Below, piece by piece: positions 40,513-49,781 of a DNA stretch of 64,000 nt. The stretch covers positions 5,733 through 69,732 of the forward strand of contig CALFYT010000076.1 of assembly GCA_937952415.1 (NCBI GenBank). The letters run 5' to 3'. Within the stretch, counting starts at the first letter, position 1; every line of letters begins with the position of its first letter. This stretch comes from an uncultured Planctomycetaceae bacterium (GTDB lineage Bacteria > Planctomycetota > Planctomycetia > Pirellulales > PALSA-1355). The translations under genes and the position numbers were made by a program. The notes beneath the pieces are model-generated. The model searched no databases, was not told where the DNA came from, and was given only the letters and a program-made list of their open reading frames with translations.

Positions 40513-40609
40513 CGGGAGTGGATGGGAATCGAACCCACCTGAAATCTGTTTGACGGATTTCACAACGGGTTTGAAGCCCGCGGCCGCCACCAGGCGTGCT
40601 GACACTCCC
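40513..40609 (-). tRNA. selC: tRNA-Sec (anticodon UCA)
   Basis: 97 nt: GGGAGTG...CACTCCC-G acceptor. Anticodon loop CTTCAAA on a GCGGG/CCCGT stem. 7-bp long variable arm TGAAATC/GATTTCA. T-loop TTCGATT. Acceptor + T helices sum to 13 bp. No encoded CCA. Lies 86 nt downstream of selA. Confidence 0.85.
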
Positions 40610-40695
40610 GAAATACGCTTCCCTTCTAGGCGTTATCCGCGATTCTATTGTCTAGGCAGCATGCCGCTACCGGGCTGACGTCGATATCGACAACG

Positions 40696-42156
40696 TCAAC
40701 CGGTTGCCGCGGCTACCAGCGCACGTTGCAGTCGCTCGTCTTGTTCGGCCAGTACGGCGCGCAGGTCGGCAATCAACCGCCCGCCTTGCAAGCGAGCCAC
40801 GACTGGCGGCGATCCGCCTCGCATCCGTTGGGCTAATGCCTCGTCCGACCTGTCATCGCAGCGGATCGCTACCGCGACGCTGGGCAAACCCTGATCCGGC
40901 AGCGAACCACCGCCGACGTAGGCAGTCGTCGCGATCACCTCGGCCGATGCGCCTGGCACCTGCTTAACCAGTGTCGCGGCGACCTGCCCGGCCCGTTGTT
41001 CGAGTTCGGCCCGCGGTGTGCAGATCATCGTCCACAGCGGCAGTTCCGCGGCCGCCAGTTCCGGATCTTCCCAGGCCGACAGCGTTGCGCTCAATGCGGC
41101 CAGGGTCAGCTTGTCGACCCGCAAGGCACGCATCAACGGATTGCGCTCGATGCGCTCGATCGCGGCCTTGCGCCCCACGATCAATCCGGCCTGTGGCCCG
41201 CCCAGCAACTTGTCACCGCTAAACAGCACGAGATCACAACCCGCGTCCACCGACGCGCGCACCTTCGGCTCGTCTGCAAGTCCCGCATCGCGCGGATCGA
41301 AGATCGCGCCGGAGCCAACGTCGTGAATCACCGGCAGGTTGTGGTGCTTGCCTAACGCGACGAGTTGCTCGATCGTCGGTGCATCGGAAAAACCGGCGAT
41401 CCGGTAGTTCGACGGATGGACTTTCAGCAGGGCCGCGGTCTGGTCGTCGATCGCGGCGGCGTAATCTTCGATGCGCGTTCTGTTCGTCGTGCCGACTTCG
41501 CGCAGTTGGGCGCCGCCGGCGGCCATGACCTCGGGCAATCGGAAACTGCCGCCGATTTCGATCAGCTCGCCGCGTGACACGACGACCTGTCTGCCAGCAG
41601 CCAGCGCATTTAGCGAAATGACCAGCGCGGCCGCGTTGTTATTCACGACCGTCGCGCTTTCCGCTCCGGAAACCTTGCAGAGCTGCTCGCGGACCGCGTC
41701 CACGCGACGTCCGCGCTGCCCGCCTTCCAGATCTAGTTCGAGCGCCGTATAACCGGCAGCCGCTTGCTGGATCGCATCGAGGGCCCGGCGCGACAGTGGA
41801 GCGCGGCCCAGACCGGTGTGCAGCAAAATGCCCGTGGCGTTGATCACTTCGCCCAGCGGCGAGGTTTGCGATCGTTCGAGCTGCGCGCCGACGCGGCGGA
41901 TCAAATGCGCGATCGAGAGCTCGGCATACCCGTTGGCCTGCGCGATTTCGCGGCGGCATTGATCGAGCACCGCACGCGCGGCGGCCACGACCACGGCCCG
42001 CGGCACGTGCTCCTTCCAACCGGACAACTGGGGTGCATCGACCAGGTCGTTGATCGCCGGCAACTCGCGATATCGGTTGCTTGCGCTATCGGCGGTGGAT
42101 GATGGTTTTTCGGCCGGCATGATGGGCAATTCGGTACCGCGGCGGTCGCCTGACAC
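40696..42156 (-). CDS. selA: L-seryl-tRNA(Sec) selenium transferase
   Basis: YRELPAINDLV N-terminus, NATGILLHTGLGRAPL and PLP-lysine block FSGDKLLGGPQAG. Alternative start ATG 42120. Confidence 0.9.
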   Translation of the reverse strand: MSGDRRGTELPIMPAEKPSSTADSASNRYRELPAINDLVDAPQLSGWKEHVPRAVVVAAARAVLDQCRREIAQANGYAELSIAHLIRRVGAQLERSQTSPLGEVINATGILLHTGLGRAPLSRRALDAIQQAAAGYTALELDLEGGQRGRRVDAVREQLCKVSGAESATVVNNNAAALVISLNALAAGRQVVVSRGELIEIGGSFRLPEVMAAGGAQLREVGTTNRTRIEDYAAAIDDQTAALLKVHPSNYRIAGFSDAPTIEQLVALGKHHNLPVIHDVGSGAIFDPRDAGLADEPKVRASVDAGCDLVLFSGDKLLGGPQAGLIVGRKAAIERIERNPLMRALRVDKLTLAALSATLSAWEDPELAAAELPLWTMICTPRAELEQRAGQVAATLVKQVPGASAEVIATTAYVGGGSLPDQGLPSVAVAIRCDDRSDEALAQRMRGGSPPVVARLQGGRLIADLRAVLAEQDERLQRALVAAATG

Positions 42157-42192
42157 TTGGAAATTATACCACCTGCCGCAGGACGGCGCATC

Positions 42193-44145
42193 CTAACGCA
42201 AGACGCGGAGGTCGCCCTGACGTTGGGTCATGCCGATTCGGTCGAGATGTTCGCAGATCGGCACGGCAAACTTGCGGCTCGTGCCGAGCACGTCGCGAAT
42301 TTGGCTGACCGTCATCCCGCTACCGTCTGCCAACCGGGTGCGCAGTTGATCGCGCATGGCCGTTTCCACGTCGCGGTGCAGATAGAGCTTGTCGTCCAGT
42401 CGTACCGCTTCGCCGCACGCCACGCAATACTCCAAAAGTCTGCGCACTTCGTCCTCGCGCGCTCCGTAGGTTTTTGCCATTTCGGCCGGCCCGGGCGGCT
42501 GCAAACCAGACTCTTGCAACACGGCGAGGATCCGCTCGTGCAACTGGCGCTGGCCGGCCGAAAGTTCCGGGGCGTACCCGGGCAGCGCCATCGATTGCTG
42601 ATCGCCGACGAGCGCGCCGCCCTCAGCAAGCCGGTCGATCAGGGCATCGCTCACGTTCGTGTCGCCCTCAACGGCGTGCAACGCGATCACGCGGTCGCGC
42701 GGCACGGTGGTCTTTAGCGTGGACTGATTGTGCAGTTGTTCGACGATCTTCAGCACGCGCTGTTCTTCGCGTTGCACGACGTCGCGATGCAGGCGCAGCG
42801 TGCGGCGCGGCTTGACGTCCAGCGCGACGATTGTGCCCGACGACTCCAGGGTCCGAATCGCGGTGCTGCATTGCTCCAAGTCGAGCCGCGCGTCGCGGCA
42901 CAGGTCAAGCTCCGTCCAGTCGCCCGTAGCAAAGAAGTAGATCGCCGTTTGGGCCCGCTCGACTTCGTCGTCCGAGAGCAGCCCGGCCAGCCGCTCGATC
43001 TGTTGCGGTTGTCGCGGCGTGATGCGCCCCGGACAGGGCTGCAAGACCACGCCCCCGCCGATCGTGACCAACGGCGACTCGCTGCGCACGACGAACGGTT
43101 GGCCCGAAGCACTCACCGTCGGTGTGGCGCAGTGCAGTTGAGCCCGTGAACGCCCGCCCGGTTCGATCGGCTTTCGATCGAGCGTGGCCACCGTGACCAT
43201 GACTTCTTGAGTGCCCAGGTAGAGCCGCTGGCGCGAGCGATGCCGGATGGCGCGCGGGCTGTCGTCCAGCACGTGGAGTTCAACGGTCAATAGCTTCGAG
43301 GGGCGCAAGTAGGTGGGCGTGGCAATTTCGTGCCCGCGAGTGATTTCGCTGTGATGCACGCCCAGCAAGTTCACGGCGGCCCGTTGCCCACGCCCGACCA
43401 TGTCGCTGTCCTGTCCATGATTCTGCAAGCCGCGGATCGCGAGTTTCTTGCCTGCTGGCCACCAGTCGACTTCGTCACGGACGCGCAACGTGCCGGACCA
43501 CACGGTTCCGGTCACGACGGTGCCTCGCCCTTCGACCGTGAAGGCCCGATCAATCGGCATACGAAACACACTCTGGTCGTCACTCGGCGCCACGCGACGG
43601 CAAACGTCGTGCAGCGCGTCGCGCAACTGTTCGATGCCCTGTTGCGCTTCGTCGCTGATTGCGGTTCGCACGACCGGCGCGTCCTCCAAGAAGGTCCCGG
43701 CAACCAGCCGCCGTAGTTCCTCCTCGACCAGCTCGGCCCAGTCGGGCTCGACCCGATCACACTTCGTGATGGCCACAACACCGTGCCGCACGTCCAACAG
43801 TCGCATGATGGCCAGGTGCTCGCGCGTCTGAGGCATGATCGAATCGTCGGCCGCAACGACCAATAGCGCCAAGTCAACGCCGACCGCACCGGCCAGCATG
43901 TTCTTGACGAAGCGCTCGTGGCCTGGCACATCGACCACGCCCAATCGATAGCTTCCCACGTCGAGCGTGGCGAAACCGATGTCGATCGTGATGCCGCGCT
44001 GTTTTTCGGCCGGCAAACGGTCGGTGTCGATGCCGGTCAGCGCGCGCACCAACGCTGTTTTGCCGTGATCGATGTGCCCAGCCGTTCCCAAAATCAGAGT
44101 GCGGGCCTGCGCCGGCGCTGTCGTTTCGGAGGTCATGCGTGTCAT
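42193..44145 (-). CDS. selB: Selenocysteine-specific translation elongation factor
   Basis: GTPase motifs [19 protein letters not shown] and TKCD. Long C-terminal winged-helix extension of the kind that binds SECIS. Confidence 0.9.
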   Translation of the reverse strand: MTRMTSETTAPAQARTLILGTAGHIDHGKTALVRALTGIDTDRLPAEKQRGITIDIGFATLDVGSYRLGVVDVPGHERFVKNMLAGAVGVDLALLVVAADDSIMPQTREHLAIMRLLDVRHGVVAITKCDRVEPDWAELVEEELRRLVAGTFLEDAPVVRTAISDEAQQGIEQLRDALHDVCRRVAPSDDQSVFRMPIDRAFTVEGRGTVVTGTVWSGTLRVRDEVDWWPAGKKLAIRGLQNHGQDSDMVGRGQRAAVNLLGVHHSEITRGHEIATPTYLRPSKLLTVELHVLDDSPRAIRHRSRQRLYLGTQEVMVTVATLDRKPIEPGGRSRAQLHCATPTVSASGQPFVVRSESPLVTIGGGVVLQPCPGRITPRQPQQIERLAGLLSDDEVERAQTAIYFFATGDWTELDLCRDARLDLEQCSTAIRTLESSGTIVALDVKPRRTLRLHRDVVQREEQRVLKIVEQLHNQSTLKTTVPRDRVIALHAVEGDTNVSDALIDRLAEGGALVGDQQSMALPGYAPELSAGQRQLHERILAVLQESGLQPPGPAEMAKTYGAREDEVRRLLEYCVACGEAVRLDDKLYLHRDVETAMRDQLRTRLADGSGMTVSQIRDVLGTSRKFAVPICEHLDRIGMTQRQGDLRVLR

Positions 44146-44244
44146 TGTAGCAGCCGTGACGCGCCGCGGGCCGAACCTCCGTGCGTGGAACCGGCCCGCG
44201 CCCGTCGATACAATGGCGCGCTCTTGGTCCTCGATTCGCCCGAC

Positions 44245-46461
44245 ATGAATTCCAAACTACCGCGATACGATCTTGTTCTGATTGGTGCCGGCCACACCAA
44301 TGCCCACGTGTTGCGGATGTGGCGCATGGCGCCGCTGGCCGATACCCGGCTGACCTGCATCACCGATCGGTACACGACCGCATACTCAGGCATGCTGCCG
44401 GGCACGCTGGCCGGATTGTATGGGCCGGATGAAATGCACATCGACTTGGTGCGGCTGTGCGCCGCGTCGGGTGCGCGACTGATTCGTGGCGAAGTGACCG
44501 GACTGGACGTGGCCAATCAGCGCGTCTTGCTCAATGATCGGCCGCCCGTACCGTTCGACGTGTTGTCAATCGGCATCGGGTCGGTGCCCAAACTTCCGCC
44601 CTCGGGCACATCGCAACCGCAGGTCGTCACGATCAAGCCGATGCAGACCTTTCTGGACCGGCTCGGACATCGGTTCGCCGAAGTGCAATCCGCCGACGAT
44701 GCCCGAACGTGGCAACTGGCCGTCGTCGGTGCGGGCGCCGGCGGGGTCGAGATCGCCTTCTGTCTGGCGTCGTACATGCGGCGGAATCATCCCGACCGCC
44801 GCTACGAATTGATGTTGATCGACAGCGGCGACGAGATTTTGCGCGGAGCCAGCGCGGGCATGATTCGACACGCGCGCCGCGAACTGGCGGCCCGCGGGGT
44901 CAAGCTCGTGCTGGGCCGCGCGGTCAGCGACGTGTGCGACGGGCAATTGCTGGTCGGAGATGAGGTGCTCCCGGTCGACGTGGCGATTTGGGCCACCGGC
45001 GGTGTCGCGCCTCCACTGTTACGCGAGTTGGGCCTGCCGACAGATGACCGAGGTTTCCTGCTGACGCGCGCAACCTTGCGAACGGTTGCCGACGCTCCGG
45101 TGTTCGTTGTGGGTGACTCGGGCACGAGCATCGAACATCCCACACCTAAGGCCGGCGTGTTTGCGGTCCGCCAGGGACCGGTGCTCTGGGAGAATCTACG
45201 TCGCCAGCTACATGGCGACCCGCTCAATCCGTACATTCCCCAACGCGGCTTCATGAAGTTGTTGGGCACGGGCGATCGTCGCGCGATTCTCGACTACAAG
45301 GGCATGAGCTTTCACGCCCGCTGGTGTTGGACGCTCAAGGACGCGATTGACCGCCGCTTCATGCGCAAGCTGCAAAACTATCGGCCCAGCATGATGGCGC
45401 CCGCGGCCGATGCGACCGAAATGCAGTGTGCTGGATGCGGCGGAAAGTTGGCCGGATCGGTGCTCAGCCGCGCGCTCGCCCGATTGAACGTGCCGCCGTC
45501 GGACCACGTCGTCGTTGGACTCGACCGTCCGGACGACGCCGCGATCGTGCGCATGCCGCACGCAGGGCCCGTCGCGGCCACGGTCGACTTCTTCTCGCCG
45601 TTCGTCGACGATCCGTATCTGGTGGGCCGGGTGGCGGCGATCAACGCCGTCAGCGATCTGTTGGCAATGGGTTCCACGCCGACCGCGGCGCTGGCGATGG
45701 CCGCCGTCGAGTCTGGTCCGCAGCAACAGCAGGAACAGTATTTGTTCGAGCTGCTGGCCGGCGCGCTGCGCGAATTCGAAGTGCATGGCGCGGCGTTGGT
45801 CGGCGGACACACGATCGAAAGCCCCAAGCCGCTGGTCGGTTTTTCCGTAATTGCCGCGTCCGGCCCTCGGCCGCAACTCAAAGGCGCGCTACGCCCTGGG
45901 GACTCGCTCGTGTTGACCAAACCATTGGGCGCCGGAATCCTGCTGGCTGCACACATGCGGGCCCAATGCCGGGCCGTGTGGTTTGCCACCTTGTGCGAGA
46001 CGCTCCTTGCGAGCAATCGCGACGCAGCGCAAACCGCTGAGCGCTTTGACACCAGCGGGCTAACCGACGTGACCGGCTTCGGCCTGGCCGGGCACTTGCT
46101 CGAGATGCTGCGGGCGGCGCGTGTCTCGGCCGAGATCTGGCTGGATCAACTCCCCCTGTTGCCCGGCGCCGTGGAACTAGCGTCGGCCGGCATCGAAAGC
46201 TCGCTAGCTCCGGCCAATCGTGCCGCGGAAACGGAAATCGACGCTGACGACGACGCGACCTCCGCCGCGCCGTACGCCATTCTGTTCGATCCGCAAACCG
46301 CCGGCGGACTGCTGGTGGGCGTGGCGCCAAGCGAAGCCGAAGCGTTGGTGGATTGTCTGTCCCCGCACGCACCCGGCGTGCGTGTTATCGGCCGCGTGGC
46401 GACCGCCGGCGAGCATTGCCGATTGAAGGTCTTGCGCGAAAAGCCACGATCCGGCACGTGA
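44245..46461 (+). CDS. selD: Fusion: FAD/NAD(P)-dependent pyridine-nucleotide-disulfide-oxidoreductase-like (NDH-2-like) domain :: selenide, water dikinase
   Basis: N-terminal DLVLIGAGHTNAH and LAVVGAGAGGVE Rossmann motifs. SelD part starts ...TEMQCAGCGGKLAGSVL (Cys-type active site, Lys conserved), followed by an AIR-synthase-like fold. The first 109 codons of ORF 43918.. overlap selB and are rejected. Confidence 0.9.
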   Translation: MNSKLPRYDLVLIGAGHTNAHVLRMWRMAPLADTRLTCITDRYTTAYSGMLPGTLAGLYGPDEMHIDLVRLCAASGARLIRGEVTGLDVANQRVLLNDRPPVPFDVLSIGIGSVPKLPPSGTSQPQVVTIKPMQTFLDRLGHRFAEVQSADDARTWQLAVVGAGAGGVEIAFCLASYMRRNHPDRRYELMLIDSGDEILRGASAGMIRHARRELAARGVKLVLGRAVSDVCDGQLLVGDEVLPVDVAIWATGGVAPPLLRELGLPTDDRGFLLTRATLRTVADAPVFVVGDSGTSIEHPTPKAGVFAVRQGPVLWENLRRQLHGDPLNPYIPQRGFMKLLGTGDRRAILDYKGMSFHARWCWTLKDAIDRRFMRKLQNYRPSMMAPAADATEMQCAGCGGKLAGSVLSRALARLNVPPSDHVVVGLDRPDDAAIVRMPHAGPVAATVDFFSPFVDDPYLVGRVAAINAVSDLLAMGSTPTAALAMAAVESGPQQQQEQYLFELLAGALREFEVHGAALVGGHTIESPKPLVGFSVIAASGPRPQLKGALRPGDSLVLTKPLGAGILLAAHMRAQCRAVWFATLCETLLASNRDAAQTAERFDTSGLTDVTGFGLAGHLLEMLRAARVSAEIWLDQLPLLPGAVELASAGIESSLAPANRAAETEIDADDDATSAAPYAILFDPQTAGGLLVGVAPSEAEALVDCLSPHAPGVRVIGRVATAGEHCRLKVLREKPRSGT

Positions 46462-46553
46462 ATCGAAAAACTTGATTGGGCGCGGGCTGCCAGCGTACAA
46501 CAACGAGCGTATGAGCGCGCGGCCGGCGTGCCCGGACCACAGGAGTCTCGACC

Positions 46554-47792
46554 ATGCGAGCCGACAACAACGCGTCGAAGCACAAACGACCGAATTGCAC
46601 GCGAGCCCGCGTTGCTCGCACGCTGGTCGGTCGATCGCTGGCCGCCGTGGCCATCATTTACCTCGCGGTGGCCTTTTGCCCGGCGGCGGAGCCGGCGCAC
46701 TACTATCCCGGCAATTGGGGGCAGTGGGAAACGCGCACGCCGGCCGAAGTCGGGATGAATCCGGATCGACTGGCCAAGGCGATCGCGTACTCCAAAAGCC
46801 ACGAAACCGACCGCCCCAAGGATCTCGATCGGGCGATCCGCATGTCGATCGCCTCGCAGGCCTACGACGAGTTGATCGGGCCGACCAAGCCGCGCGGGTC
46901 GAACAACGGCCTGATCGTCCGCAACGGCTATATCGTCGCCGAGTGGGGTGACACGCGCCGTGTCGACATGACCTTTAGCGCTACCAAGAGCTACCTGTCG
47001 ACGACCGCCGGACTGGCGTGGGATCGCGGGATGATTCACGATCTGCACGATCCGGTGAAGCGGTACGTCGCCGACGATCTGTTCGCCTCGCAGCACAACG
47101 GCCTGATCACGTGGCACATGCTGCTCAACCAAACCAGCGAGTGGGAGGGCACGCTCTGGGGCAAGCCGGATTGGGCACCTGTCTGGAACGGCACGATGCG
47201 CGAGCTGCACATGCCGGGCACCCATTGGCAATACAACGACGTGCGCGTCAATTGCCTGGCTGCCGCGTTGCTGCAAGTGTGGCGCGAGCCACTGCCACGC
47301 GTGCTAAAGCGACTCGTCATGGATCCGATCGACGCGTCGCCAACGTGGCGCTGGCACGGATACCGCAACTCGTGGATCGAGCTAGACGGCACGCGCATGC
47401 AATCGGTCAGTGGTGGTGGGCACTGGGGCGGGGGGCTCTGGATCAACACGCGCGACCATGCCCGCTTCGGATACTTGTTCCTGCGGCGCGGCAAGTGGAA
47501 CGACAAGCAGTTGATCTCGGAAGAATGGATCGATCGGATGACCACGCCCACCGACATCAAGCCGACGTATGGCTACATGTGGTGGCTCAACCCGGACCAA
47601 GAGCGCATCGCCGGCGCGCCGGAGACAAGTTTCGCGGCAGTGGGCGCGGGGACCAACATGGTTTGGATCGATCCGCAACACGATCTGCTAGTGGTGGTCC
47701 GTTGGATCGATCCAGCACACGACGCACAGTTCATCAAGCTGGTCGTCGACGCCCTCGAGCCGGAACCGGCCGAATCCAATCAATCCGAGTGA
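46554..47792 (+). CDS. Beta-lactamase-family serine hydrolase
   Basis: Signal anchor. S-x-x-K motif FSATKSY. C-terminal blocks GGGHWGGGLWIN and GAGTNMVWIDP. Confidence 0.8.
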   Translation: MRADNNASKHKRPNCTRARVARTLVGRSLAAVAIIYLAVAFCPAAEPAHYYPGNWGQWETRTPAEVGMNPDRLAKAIAYSKSHETDRPKDLDRAIRMSIASQAYDELIGPTKPRGSNNGLIVRNGYIVAEWGDTRRVDMTFSATKSYLSTTAGLAWDRGMIHDLHDPVKRYVADDLFASQHNGLITWHMLLNQTSEWEGTLWGKPDWAPVWNGTMRELHMPGTHWQYNDVRVNCLAAALLQVWREPLPRVLKRLVMDPIDASPTWRWHGYRNSWIELDGTRMQSVSGGGHWGGGLWINTRDHARFGYLFLRRGKWNDKQLISEEWIDRMTTPTDIKPTYGYMWWLNPDQERIAGAPETSFAAVGAGTNMVWIDPQHDLLVVVRWIDPAHDAQFIKLVVDALEPEPAESNQSE

Positions 47793-47800
47793 GGCCCGCG

Positions 47801-49246
47801 ATGTTTCCAGCGATCCGAATGTTCACCTGTGCGCTTGCGGCGGCAGTCGCGCTGTTCGACGTGGCGTGCGGCGCCGGCGAAGTAGCTCCCGCGTCGGAGG
47901 CGACGCGCGCCGAGAACGGATTGGCGATGTACGCCAAGCTGCTCTGCTCCGGCGTATTCGTCGTGGGCAGGGAGCCTGATGAGTTCGTGCGCAACGATTT
48001 GCAACGTGCCGGACAGGGCTTGCCGGAATGGAGCGAGATCGAAATCGACGTCGACCGCAAGCGAAAGTCCGTCACGCTCAAGGCCCCGGGCATCCCCGCC
48101 CGCACGGCCGTATTCTGCGGCGACCAGGGTTGTGTATTGCTGCCGCGCGGCGCGGCGAACGTGTTCTTCCAGCCGGTGCGGCTTGAGTCCTCGTTGCCCG
48201 ATCGCGCGACCCAGCCTTGGCCGCAGGGCGATCGACTCGACACCACGACCCAACCAGACCATGTCGATGCGGATGCACTTGCTGCTGCGCTGGATATTGC
48301 ATTCGACGACGCCGACCAGGACGTGCCGCAAAAAACTCGGGCACTGCTGGTCGTCTACCGCGGCCAGATCGTGGCCGAGCGCTACGCGCCCGGCTTCGAC
48401 CGCCGCACCCGGCACATCTGCTGGTCGATGGGCAAGAGCATCACGTCGGCCCTGATCGGCATCCTGGTCGGCAACGGAGACTTCAAAGTCGACGATCCGG
48501 CGCCGATCGCCGCCTGGCGCCAAGCCGACGATCCGCGTGGCCGGATTACGATTTCCGACCTTCTGCACATGAGCAGCGGACTCGATTTCGGTCGCCCGAA
48601 CGACCCGGCGGCGATGTTCACCGCCGCGGATCATCACCGGGCCGTCTACTTCGGCGCCGTCGACGTGTTCGACTATTGCACGGGCCGCGAGCTGGAGCAC
48701 GCGCCGAACACGGTCTGGCGCTACCGCAATTGCGATCCGCTGAGCCTGGGGATGATCGTTCGCCAAATGGTTGAATCGCGCGGCGGGTCGTACCTGGCGT
48801 TTCCGCAGCGCGCGCTGTTCGACAAGATCGGCATCCGCGACATGGTGCTCGAGACCGACCCGTACGGCAATTTCATCATGACCGGCTTCGAGTACGGTAC
48901 GGCCCGCGATTGGGCCCGCTTCGGACTGCTGCACTTGCAAGACGGTGTTTGGAACGGTGAGCGCATTTTGCCCGAAGGCTGGATCGACTATATCACCCGA
49001 CCTGCACCGGCCGATCCGGATCAGAAGTACGGAGCCCTTTTTTGGCTCAATCGGGGAGGCCGTTATGAGACGCTGCCCCGCGATATGTACTGGGCCGCAG
49101 GACATCACGGCCAGATCACGCTGGTCATTCCGTCGCGCGAGATGGTCATCGTGCGGCAAGGACACAGCGCACAAGGCGGCTTCGATCCCTACTGGGAACA
49201 GGTGGTGGGACGGATTCTATCGGCGTGCAAGCCAGATGGCGCGTAA
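47801..49246 (+). CDS. Beta-lactamase-family serine hydrolase (second, divergent copy)
   Basis: ATG 47801 gives signal MFPAIRMFTCALAAAVALF. S-x-x-K motif WSMGKSI. The upstream part of ORF 47018.. overlaps the previous gene out of frame. Confidence 0.8.
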   Translation: MFPAIRMFTCALAAAVALFDVACGAGEVAPASEATRAENGLAMYAKLLCSGVFVVGREPDEFVRNDLQRAGQGLPEWSEIEIDVDRKRKSVTLKAPGIPARTAVFCGDQGCVLLPRGAANVFFQPVRLESSLPDRATQPWPQGDRLDTTTQPDHVDADALAAALDIAFDDADQDVPQKTRALLVVYRGQIVAERYAPGFDRRTRHICWSMGKSITSALIGILVGNGDFKVDDPAPIAAWRQADDPRGRITISDLLHMSSGLDFGRPNDPAAMFTAADHHRAVYFGAVDVFDYCTGRELEHAPNTVWRYRNCDPLSLGMIVRQMVESRGGSYLAFPQRALFDKIGIRDMVLETDPYGNFIMTGFEYGTARDWARFGLLHLQDGVWNGERILPEGWIDYITRPAPADPDQKYGALFWLNRGGRYETLPRDMYWAAGHHGQITLVIPSREMVIVRQGHSAQGGFDPYWEQVVGRILSACKPDGA

Positions 49247-49252
49247 CGAACC

Positions 49253-49777
49253 TCACGTCTTCGCATTGAGCCGCGCCGCCATTGTCCGATGCAGGCCGAA
49301 CAGTAGCACTGCGACGATCGGCCAACTGAACCAAGTCCATTGTCCGCGCCACTGCGGTAGCGCAGGCCGGGCCGTCATCGAAAATCTTGCAATGACCATT
49401 TCGCCCCGCGCGTCGCTGCGCACCGTCACGTTCCACGTTCCGGCCGTGGGCAACTCGACCAGCGCGGATTGCAGCAGCTTGTTCGTGGCGGCCTCATTCG
49501 TCGCGGCGGCCAAAATCTCCGGGCTGGTACCGTCGGCCGGCGTGAGCTGCACGATCGTCACCGCGTCGTGAATCGCCTCGCCCGTCGTGGCATCCTGCAC
49601 AAGCACGCTCACGTCGACCATCGGCGCACGGAGCGGATTGGGCGACGTGAAAACTGAGATAGTGCGGTTGCCATGCCGTTCGACCAGTCGCACGGTACCG
49701 CCGTCGGCCCACACCGGCGCAAGACACGAAGTCACGCACAATCCACTGACCGCGACGATCGAGATGCCACGCCACAT
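49253..49777 (-). CDS. Hypothetical secreted Ig-like (FixH/YtkA-like?) protein with C-terminal TM anchor
   Basis: Signal peptide, beta-rich middle, C-terminal helix WTWFSWPIVAVLLFGL. Last gene of the respiratory operon, 4 nt after the CtaG::CcoG-like gene. Confidence 0.5.
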   Translation of the reverse strand: MWRGISIVAVSGLCVTSCLAPVWADGGTVRLVERHGNRTISVFTSPNPLRAPMVDVSVLVQDATTGEAIHDAVTIVQLTPADGTSPEILAAATNEAATNKLLQSALVELPTAGTWNVTVRSDARGEMVIARFSMTARPALPQWRGQWTWFSWPIVAVLLFGLHRTMAARLNAKT

Positions 49778-49781
49778 TGCT

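Noticed and set aside
43918-44244. 109-codon upstream extension of the selD fusion ORF
   Set aside because: It overlaps the 5' end of selB on the opposite strand and is Arg-rich. ATG 44245 starts directly at the Rossmann fold (MNSKLPRYDLVLIGAGH).
47018-47800. Upstream 261 codons of ORF 47018..49246
   Set aside because: It overlaps the first serine-hydrolase gene in another frame with Arg/Ala-rich composition. ATG 47801 gives a signal peptide.
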